DNA of 64,000 nt, from the NCBI RefSeq assembly GCF_006345805.1, contig NC_043012.1, forward strand, positions 2,046,001 to 2,110,000, written 5' to 3'. Positions 54,380-64,000 of this stretch are shown one piece after another. Position numbers and translations under genes: made by a program. Each line of letters starts with the position of its first letter. Position 1 is the first letter of the stretch. The notes below the pieces were generated by a model. The model was not told the DNA's origin. It did not search any database and saw only the letters and a list, made by a program, of their open reading frames with translations. The stretch comes from Octopus sinensis. Taxonomy: Eukaryota.

Positions 54380-54818
54380 ACGTATATATATATACATATA
54401 CGTATATATATATACATAAACGTATATATTATATATACATAAACGTATATATATATATACATATACGTAATATATACATATACGTATATATATATACATA
54501 TACGTATATATATATATACAGATACGTATATATTACTTATACATATACGTATATATATAATACATATAAGTATATATATATTATATACCATATACGTATA
54601 TATATATATAAATATACTATATATATATATCCATATACGTTATATATATATATACATATACGTATATATATATATACATATACGTATATATATATACATA
54701 TACGTATATATATATATATATACATATACGTATATATATACGAATATATACACACACACACATATATATATATACACACACACACATATATATACGAATA
54801 TATACACACACACATATA
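53455..54818. repeat. Mosaic (TA) array with a TACGTA variant unit
   Basis: Recurring ACATATACGTATATAT motif. Confidence 0.95.
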
Positions 54819-54829
54819 TTGTGAAAATG

Positions 54830-55343
54830 AGGGTAATAAATTAAAATAATTTATTAACAGTGGTTAGCACGCATAAATAAAAGTCACAAGACAACATTTT
54901 TAAATATAAGAGTATAAAAAACATTTTTATACAGAAAGAGGAGACCCTTGACAGGACTCCTTACATGCTAAAAAGGCCAGTTAGAACCCAAACCATGAAA
55001 AAGAGAATTCACGAGGCACGCTAATTAGTAATCATTAATTAGTGATTCTGCTGACAAGCTACAGATTCCAAATTAGTTTATTTGGTAATTAATAGCGAAA
55101 CTGAAGTTTGGGATTAACTAATTTATTTTTTTGTTCATTCTAGTCTAATAATTAGAGTGACTCATGAATTTTCTTTTTTGTGGTTTGGGTTTTAACTGGG
55201 CTTTTTAACATGTAAGGAGTCCTGTCAATGGTCTCCTCTTTGTGTATAAAAATATTTTATACACTTTATATTTTTAAAAATATTGTTGACTTTTATTTAT
55301 GCATGCTAACTACTGGTAATAAATTATTTTAATTTATTACCCT
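54830..55343. mobile_element. Foldback/MITE-like element with long (~190-bp) imperfect terminal inverted repeats
   Basis: AGGGTAATAAATTAAAATAATTT...TGACAGGACTCCTTACATG versus CATGTAAGGAGTCCTGTCA...AAATTATTTTAATTTATTACCCT. Core and part of the right arm recur at 55495-55735. Confidence 0.75.
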
Positions 55344-55755
55344 AATATTTATGATGAGATTTATAATTCTGAGGCTATATAGGCTACAGCTTTAGATTTC
55401 TCTATTTACTGCTGGATATATACTAACATTCCCACACTAAGTTCAAACCCTTGAATGGATAAAGATGAAGCTGTCTTGCGCACGTTTTCAACTACATAAT
55501 TATTCATTAATTAGTGATTCCACTGACGAGCTATAGATTCCAAACTAGTTTATTTGGCAATTAACAGCAAAACTCGAGTTTGGGATTAACTAATTCAGTG
55601 TTATAAGTAGAATGCCTCATTCACTTTCTCATGGTTTGGGTTTTAACTGGCCTTTTTAATATGTAAGGAGTCCTGTCAATGGTCTCCTCTTTGTGTATAA
55701 AAATATCTTATGCACTCTTATATTTTAAATAAATAAATAAAAATATATATATATA

Positions 55756-56160
55756 GGCGCAGGAGTGGCTGTGTGGTAAGTAACTTGCTTACCAACCACA
55801 TAGTTCCGGGTTCAGTCCCACTGCGTGGCACCTTGGGCAAGTGTCTTCTACTATAGCCTCGGGCCAACCAAAGCCTTGTGAGTGGATATGGTAGACGGAA
55901 ACTGAAAGAAGCCCATCATATAAACGTATATATTTGTGTGTGTGCTTGGCCCCACCACTAAGTTACAAGGACGTAAACACACCAACATCACTTGTCAAGT
56001 GATGTTAGTGTGTTTACATCCTTGTAACTTAGCGGTTCGGCAAAACAGGCCAATAGAATAAGTACTAGGCTTACAAAGAATAAGTCCTGGGGTCGATTTG
56101 CCAACTAAAGGCGGTGCTCCAGCATTGCTGCAGTCAAATGACTGAAAAGAGTAAAGAGTA
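55756..56160 (+). mobile_element. tRNA-derived SINE (family A), full length
   Basis: GGCGCAGGAGTGGCTGTGTGGTAAG..GGGTTCAGTCCCACTGCG head; tail AAGAGTAAAGAGTA. Further partial copies at 1-81, 5225-5385, 11075-11185, 11490-11670, 20700-20890, 28385-28545, 38680-38800 and 59955-60060. Confidence 0.85.
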
Positions 56161-56860
56161 TACATATTTAATGTTAATGGAGCTAAAGAACCATAGGTTC
56201 ACTTCCCTTACTACAAGGTAGTCCGTACTGAGTAGCAGTCACATAGACACACACACACATATATATATATGGGTCACTGGGGAAGTCTGAGTTTCCCAGC
56301 AACAGAGTTTTGTTTTGTGGTTCTTTTTCTCTTGTCCATGTTATTCCGCATGCTTTCAACAAGAGTAACATCAAAATCACACATGAACGGTTCCTTTCCC
56401 CAGAAAAGAAAAAATTTGGCTGCTATTTGTTGCATGCACTGCTACTATGTAACAGATATTTCAGGTCCTTTATTGCAAATGGCTGTTACTTGGTATCAGG
56501 GTGTGCTAGAAATAGCAGCCAAATTTTTGGAGGTAAGATATTTTGAATGCACTCGAAAGAAACCTATAGAAAAAAGACAATCTCACACCGAGGTTATGAA
56601 CAGGACTTTTACGAAATATTTACAGTATTTTTGAAGTCATTTTTACTTTAAAATATTTTGCCCATCATAATGTGTCTTATGAAATGGTTAGAGTTTCTTC
56701 CCTTTCAGGGTAAGTTATTTTTGGAGTGTTGGGGCTATAGTAGAAGATACTTGCCCAAGATGCCACACAGTCAGACTGAACCTGGAACTACACCTCACCT
56801 GCAGTCACACCTTTGCCTACATATAAAGGCTATAATATTATTGTGTATGTGTGTGTATAA

Positions 56861-57186
56861 GTGAAGGCACATGGCCCAGTGGTTAGAGTGTCAGGCTCAC
56901 AATCATGAGGTAGTGAGTTCAATTCCCGATCCGGGTTGTGTGTTGTTTTCTTGAGCAAGACACTTTATTTCGCATTGCTCCAGTTCACTCAGCTGTAGAA
57001 ACGAGTTGCAACAGCACTCGTGCCAAGCTGTATCGGCTTTCCCTTTTACTTGGATAACATCAGTGGTGTGGAGAGGGGAGGCTGGTATGCGTGGGCAACT
57101 GCTGGTCTTCCATAAACAACCTTGCCTGGACTTATGCCTCAGGGAACTTTCCAGGTGCAATCCCATGGTCATTCATGATTGAAGGG
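56861..57186 (+). mobile_element. tRNA-derived SINE (family B)
   Basis: TGGCCCAGTGGTTAG A-box, GAGTTCAATTCC B-box. Body CTTGAGCAAGACACTTTATTTC.. is shared with the headless copy at 28994-29255. Confidence 0.8.
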
Positions 57187-57986
57187 GTAACACAAACCAG
57201 TACAGCCTGTTGCGAGGTTGGGTCATCAGGAACTAAGCTGACATCCCCATCAAATTTACCTGGTGAGGAAGCTTTCAAACAAGCTAGTAAGAAGAAGAAA
57301 AAATAAATTTCTTTCCAAAGGACAGATGAACAACGTCTAACAATTACTCTGGGACATAGAAATATTCATGACAGTGAATGAGTGTGCCAACTCATGATGA
57401 TGGAGTGTACCAAAAGCTCACCCAGGAGTAGACACCTATTTCTTGTTTGCACTTTAGTCTAGAAAGATACTCTGATGTAAAACCAGAGGATTGTACAGCT
57501 ACTGGTTGTTCTGGCAAACACTTGGTCACCAAGAGGAAAGCTATTCTTTGCGAAAAACAAATGAAACTCCATGCACACTTCACTCACACTAATCGACTTC
57601 ATGTATTTGAACTCCTTGAGAAACACATTATGGAAAAAAAAATACTCTGCAGCAATAGGAAATAGTGGAACATAGAGGCTTGACCAGCAGCAAGTATGTA
57701 ATTGCAAATCTGCACAGAGGTGCCTTGGGATATTGGTTGCTTTCTATCCAGAGTGTACTGATGGGGAGATTCAGCAAGAATTCCAGTGACAGAGCAACCC
57801 ATTTCAGTGATGGCACTACTCATGAAGGATATAAACATGGTCAAAATAAGGCTGACCTAATTCTGGAACTAGCCACCAACCCCAAAATTGGCAGCTGTTC
57901 TCACTTTACTGGATCCCATGGTAACAGCCAAGAAATTTCTTTCAAAGAAGTGGTTCTATTCAGGCACTAGTTAACTTCCACACACA

Positions 57987-58238
57987 TGATGATGATCATC
58001 ATCATCGTTTAACGTCCGTTTTCTGCGCCAGCACAGGTTGGACGGTTCGACCGGGGTCTGGAAAGCCAGGTGCTGCACCAGGCTCCAGTTTGATCTGGCA
58101 GAGTTTCTGCAGTTGGATGCCCTTCCTAGCGCCAACCACTCTGCGAGTGTAGTGGGTGCTTTTTACGTACCACCTGCACAGGGGGGTCCGGCATCGGCCA
58201 CGATCAGTTGGTGCTTTTAACGTGCCACCGGCATGGAA
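57987..58238 (-). mobile_element. RTE-family 3'UTR copy
   Basis: (CAT)n + GTTTAACGTCCG core. Confidence 0.78.
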
Positions 58239-58875
58239 GCCACACATAGATATTCACACAATTTTTATATATGCAAGTACATGTACATCTACACAACATA
58301 TATACATACAGACACAATAGATACAATTATTTATTCACACACAAAATATACACACATCAACACAAATACAAAAAAGATACAAATATCCAAACACACACAC
58401 ATTATATATGTGAACCAATCTAGGAACCTCTGTGTAGTCACTCAATATGCTAGATCCAATAGTAAAATCTCCCTAGAATCACACTACCATCTGAACAAAG
58501 GAAGGTCACATTAGTTAATGTAGTCCTAGATACACTAAGGAATCAACAGGAATGTCTTTGATCATATTTCTGCATGATTAGAGCTGACATGAAACAATGT
58601 AAGACATACACAAACATGTAATACACACACTAACAATATACACATACATATACATGTATATAATAACATACTATACATACACACACAATAAACCTGTACA
58701 TACACACTATCTATACAAACAATCCATCAAAATAGTGTATAATAATACACAAATATACACGAACATGTCTATGTGAGAGTAACAGAGAGCTAGAGGACAG
58801 AAAGAAAGAGACAGTGATTTTTTTCACCATCATCAACATGGTCAATACCAATACATAATAAAATCAACTACATAC

Positions 58876-59051
58876 TATGGTGTACAATCTCCAAGACAGG
58901 TTTCTCATAGCAGGTCTGAAACTGCGATTGGACCGATTTCTTAACATTCTTTTCCGAATTCCAAGCTTCTTCATGGGTGAGGTTGGTGTGTCCAGTTGAC
59001 TGACACGTCCAGATGCGGTTCTTGTACAGTGCCACTCGCTTCTCATAATCC
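58876..59051 (-). CDS. BAZ1B: BAZ1B coding exon 2 (WAC core)
   Basis: G+DYEKRVALYKNRIWTCQSTGHTNLTHEEAWNSEKNVKKSVQSQFQTCYEKPVLEIVHH+A. Acceptor tttag, donor gtatgt. 176 nt. Confidence 0.95.
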
Positions 59052-59070
59052 CTAAACTTTGGTTAAGGGT
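59052..59070 (-). promoter_or_regulatory. U12-type branch point and 3' splice site
   Basis: ACCCTTAACCAAAGTTTAG: CCTTAAC at 59068-59062, about 11 nt from the AG, with no polypyrimidine tract. Confidence 0.88.
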
Positions 59071-59379
59071 AATAAATGCATATACAATAAAATCGCCATA
59101 CATGTTATATTAACAACGAAAAGTAAAAGCTTTCAAAGACAAGGTTCAAAGAACAAAGCATATGTAAAAAAACCCAAAAAAACAGACAAGAGTGTATAAC
59201 TTTGGTGTATTTATTATATGTGTCTGTATGTGCGCGTTACGGACTGACATTTATACATGGATAAACAAAGAAAAGCTTGACAGAGGGGCCTAAAAATTAC
59301 GAAGCGTTGACAATTTCTAACCTATATTTCTTACGAGTTTATTATCAATATCTAGATCTAATATATATACATACACACA

Positions 59380-59426
<47 letters not shown>

Positions 59427-59745
59427 ATATATATATAATAAACCTTTACATAAATAAATAACGTGAAATACACGAAGGGACGAACAAAAAGACAAACAGG
59501 TCATTCAAAGCCTTCATTCTTCAGTCAGAAACTGATCCCTCATCGCAGATTTTCATATATATATACACACACACATATATACATACACGCACACACGTGT
59601 ATGGATGTATGTATGTGTACACACACACACGCGGTTACCTCAGTTTGGAGTTGAATTCTTTATTTTAGTTTACTTTAATATACATATATATTTTTACATT
59701 ATGGGATTACGAAAATACGTTTCTGCGGTTTTTAATGTCATTTAC

Positions 59746-59794
<49 letters not shown>

Positions 59795-59908
59795 ATAACA
59801 TGTGTGTGTGTGTGTGTGTGTGTGTACATATACACACACACATTTCCTTTGTTTCAAACATTTATTTTCGTTTCGACCTCAACAGCAGCACAAGCCAAAG
59901 CAAAGATC

Positions 59909-59959
<51 letters not shown>

Positions 59960-60651
59960 TTTACTTGTTTCAGTCGTCAGGCTGCGGGCATGCTAGAGTA
60001 CCGCCTTGAAAGAATTTTAGTCGAGTCAATCGAGCCCAGTATTTATTTTTTAAAAGCTTATCGGTGTGTGTAATATGCACGTATTTGTACCGAGGTCCAT
60101 TTTGTGTGTAATGGGATAAGGTCTCATATTCATACATTTCCCCCTCGATTCATATCGATGATCATTAATTGATGTAAAATATCACACACCCACAAATAGA
60201 TAGATAGATAGATAGACAGACAGACGCACACATACGTTTGTATACACAAACGCGAGAAAAAAGCACTCAATACAAACAGTAGAGCTTATTCGTAGCTGAT
60301 TATTCACTCCGTCACTACTCCGAGTGTTAGGTTACGTACGATCCTTCACACGATCACACACACACACACACACACACATCTCTATATATAATTTATTGAA
60401 AGAGAATTTGGTTCCAAGTAAGAATTGAAACACCGCTGGCTGGTTTCGCTTATTCAATATCCCCCTCTGATGGACGGCAGAGGAAGTGGCGATGTTTGAA
60501 ATGTATTTTTGGAACTTAAAAATTAAAATAACTATTTAGAGCAATGAAATGTCAAAATTTATTTCACTATGCGGTGGGGGGTGCGGAAATCTACCAACAC
60601 CTTGTGTTTCCAGCCAAAAATATTATTTTTTTAAAATTGGATGAGCTACGG

Positions 60652-61300
60652 GGATATATATATATATACATAGACACACACATATATATATACATATATA
60701 CACACACACACACATATATATATATATACATATATACACACACACACATATATATATATATACATATATACACACACACACACATATATATATATACATA
60801 TATACACACACACACATATATATATATATACCACACATATATATACACACACACCACATATATATATACATATATACACACACACATATATATACATATA
60901 TCACACACACATATATATACACACACACATATATATATACACACCACACATATATATACACACCACATATATATATACATATATATACACACACACACAC
61001 ACACATATATATACATATATACACACACAACATATATATACATATATACACACACACATATATATATATACATATATACACACACACACATATATATTAC
61101 ATATATACACACACACACATATATATACATATATACACACACACACATATATACATATTTATATATATACACACACACTATATATATATATATAATATAT
61201 ATACACACACACATATATATATATATATACACACACAATATATATATATATATTACACACACATATATATATATATTATATATATATATATAACACACAC

Positions 61301-61331
<31 letters not shown>

Positions 61332-61388
61332 TATATATACATATATAACACACACATATATATATATACATATATACACACACATATA

Positions 61389-61422
<34 letters not shown>

Positions 61423-61577
61423 CACTATATAATATATATACACACATATATATATTACACACATATATATATATATATACACACACATATATATATATAT
61501 AACACACATATATATATATATATATACACATATATATATATATATATACACACATATATATATATATATATATATAA
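60652..61577. repeat. Mosaic (CA)n(TA)n array inside the U12 intron
   Basis: Recurring CACACACATATATATA motif. Confidence 0.95.
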
Positions 61578-62946
61578 ACAGCTGTCCCAAACATAACACT
61601 ACTCAAATACTTCGTATTATTATATGTAATAAATAGAAAATCCATGATAATGAATGGAAAATTAAATAGATGCTTAATTATATAGAACATTCTTCCCAAA
61701 TATATAAATGATCTGATGATTATTATTATTTAGCTAATGGGGATAAGGGCTTAGTTGTATATTCTTGTCTTTTATTTTGCTTAAAAAGGGTAAGTGTAGT
61801 TTTTCTGACCGATGTTGTGGTCAGAAGAATTATTACAACAAAGAGCTCAAGATGGCGGAAGAGACTTAAGTTCCCAGAATCTGGCCGGTCACATAGAGAA
61901 GGAAGGACCTTATGTAAAAAGGGCCGGATGTCAAGGACCGTAAAAGAGAGAAATAAAAGTGGGGCGAACGAAGGAAGGGAGCTGATATATATATATATAC
62001 GTGATCCCATCACCTCCTCCGCCATGGTCCACGTGCTAGCCACCACCATAACAACAACAACAACAACCGGTCGACACAAGAGTTAAAACGAAAACAAATA
62101 AATAAATAAATAAACGGTGAAATTGATTTCTCCCCCGGCGGCGAGCGCCGAATTATGCGACCCGGTTTCCATCCCCGACTGAAACGATTTCGTTTTGTGT
62201 TGCTAACGAGAAACTTGAGATGAATTAAAGTGATGAAAATGATGAACGTCACAACGACCTTGTGCAATATTTGCCCTCTTCCCGCTCTATGTGGAGGGTC
62301 TGCATTTTGTGAAATCGACATGTACAATAGCCTTAATGATACCGGTTGTCACATATCACACACACATATATTGCACCCACACTTACACTATACACACACA
62401 TTAATTATATACACATCAAAACGGATAGAAATATACGAGTTTTGATCGACTAAAACCGGTCCTTATATAATATATACACACACACATATATACAGTTGCA
62501 AACCATAAAGCGAGTACCCTATAACTGGTAGTAGTTTATTTGCAATAAAGTCGATGAATCACTTTCTACCTACTCGGGAGTTTCGGGTGGTACTATGGCA
62601 AGTATATCGTGCTAAACTCTGAGTAACAGAGTGAACCATTGCCTTTATACAAATATATACACATATATATGTATATATATGTGTGTGTGTGTGTAATTAC
62701 AGATTGACGGTTGAAGAAATTGGGGCTAAATTAATATTGGTCATGACGGAATCGGCGAGGGGGGAATATACATGCAACAGATCAATAATAGTTAGATAGA
62801 TATTTGTAATGATATATAAGTGAAAGTGATGATTGTTGTAATATGCCAATGTGGGACGACTGTTGTGTGATTGCAGTTGTTGTTGTTGTCAATGAGTGCA
62901 AGTCAGCCATGTTGGATAGAAAGAGAGAAAATTGTAGCAAAAACTG

Positions 62947-62954
62947 AAGGATAC
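62947..62954 (-). promoter_or_regulatory. U12-type 5' splice site GTATCCTT
   Basis: Exact match to the minor-spliceosome donor consensus RTATCCTT, immediately after coding exon 1. Confidence 0.9.
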
Positions 62955-63067
62955 TGCTTCGATCGGAACTGTTCTTTCGTATGGGCAATGCTGTAGATTA
63001 CTTCCTCCGATTTACGATTCACCAGTGGCTTGGCGTAAACAAAAATCTTTTTCCCAAGAAGCGGCAT
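62955..63067 (-). CDS. BAZ1B: BAZ1B coding exon 1 (start of WAC domain)
   Basis: MPLLGKKIFVYAKPLVNRKSEEVIYSIAHTKEQFRSK+CA. In-frame TAA at 63080-63082 lies upstream of the ATG; context is AAACAATG. Donor GTATCCTT. 113 nt. Confidence 0.93.
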
Positions 63068-64000
63068 TGTTTGTTTTTTTTACTATATATTTATAGAGCG
63101 AATCCTCCTGCAGAGAAAAATTATATATATATATAAAAAAAACTACTGTTGGTGTTCAAAATGTGGCGCGAATGTCAAAGTTGGCCAACACAGATTTCTC
63201 CTGCTTCTGTCACATGATCTCTACATTTGCAGCAGAAGAAGAAAATTATATTATTATTATTATCATTATTATTATTATGAAATATAAATATTATTTTTTT
63301 TTTTTAAATTCACTTCATATTTTATATTTTAGATAAATTTTTATCGTAAAAAATAATAGAATTAAAATATTATTATAAAGCAAAATTATAAAACTGCAAT
63401 TTTTTTTTTTAATTTACAAAAAAATTTTAAATTAGATGAGTTTATAGTCCGGGGAGAGGTAAGGATTGCTAAACAAAAGCGCGGGATTGTTATTTGCAGG
63501 TGTGAACGAACGAAGATATTTCTTCATTATAAAAAAAAAAAAAAGAACTAACAAAATAGAAAAAACATATTTACTAATTATTGATAAATGATAACCGAAC
63601 GTAATATTAGAGTTGCTTTGAGTTTCAATATTTAGAATATCCAGCAAGTTCCATTATCACACTACGTTATATATCAATGAATACTTCCACACATCGAAAA
63701 AGCCGCTTCACGAATCACTAGAACTCTTGGAAATAGCAGCTCAGTTCCCTTAACGTCGTCCCTCTAATATATATATGTATATATATACGGAAAAAGGGGA
63801 TGACAGATTGGATGACGTAGTCCTAGATACTGTTAAAAACACGAGATGGTCGGACCTGGGGTATCATTGATCTTATTGTTAGTGAACTCCATCAAATCTG
63901 ACCTGAGGTGTACAACAATACGTACTTCCTGTGTACTTTTCATTTTATTTTTCCACAGTACGACGTAAATTAGTTTACAGAACTAAGTTATATAACTGGT

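Larger units (their letters stand above)
249..63107 (-). other. BAZ1B: BAZ1B/WSTF gene span (15 coding exons in window; 3' part lies beyond the left edge)
   Basis: Manual exon chaining. All introns are GT..AG and cumulative lengths 113,289,395,438,543,620,786,1443,1559,1724,1854,2023,2127,2289,2447 keep one open frame. The translation matches recalled human BAZ1B motifs in order (MPLLG, IWTC, SPSSDKEN, KWxPPK, ALRAG..PWVV, MKQMTLL, RYEDQ, FGDVAMV, LLQTLLQDEI, TYSVQD). Confidence 0.93.

Noticed and set aside
57300-57970. Coding-looking plus-strand stretch with several short ORFs
   Set aside because: No motif could be assigned with confidence; probably a decayed retroelement. Needs TBLASTX.
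63450-63500. Plus-strand donor GAG|GTAAGG suggesting a divergent gene
   Set aside because: No associated exon or ORF is supportable within the remaining window.

Overview
AT-rich eukaryotic genomic DNA, dense in microsatellites and retroelements. The repeat landscape looks like Octopus/coleoid cephalopod; this is an inference from repeat types and was not verified. One protein-coding gene was reconstructed by hand on the minus strand: BAZ1B/WSTF. It has 15 phase-consistent coding exons from ATG at 63067 to 249 (2447 nt, about 815 aa: WAC domain, Lys/Ser-rich linker, DDT, WHIM1) and continues beyond the left edge. The first coding intron (59052-62954) is a U12-type minor-spliceosome intron. 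The second (18858-58875) is about 40 kb and holds a CpG-rich promoter-like block, a 2.1-kb CR1-type LINE, RTE-type LINE 3' ends with an internal VNTR, tRNA-derived SINEs, a foldback element, palindromes, tandem repeats and kb-scale (TA/CA) arrays. Helitron, hAT and mariner-type non-autonomous elements occur in the introns. Nearly all other ORFs in the supplied track are microsatellite or repeat artefacts. No rRNA, true tRNA or CRISPR array was found.
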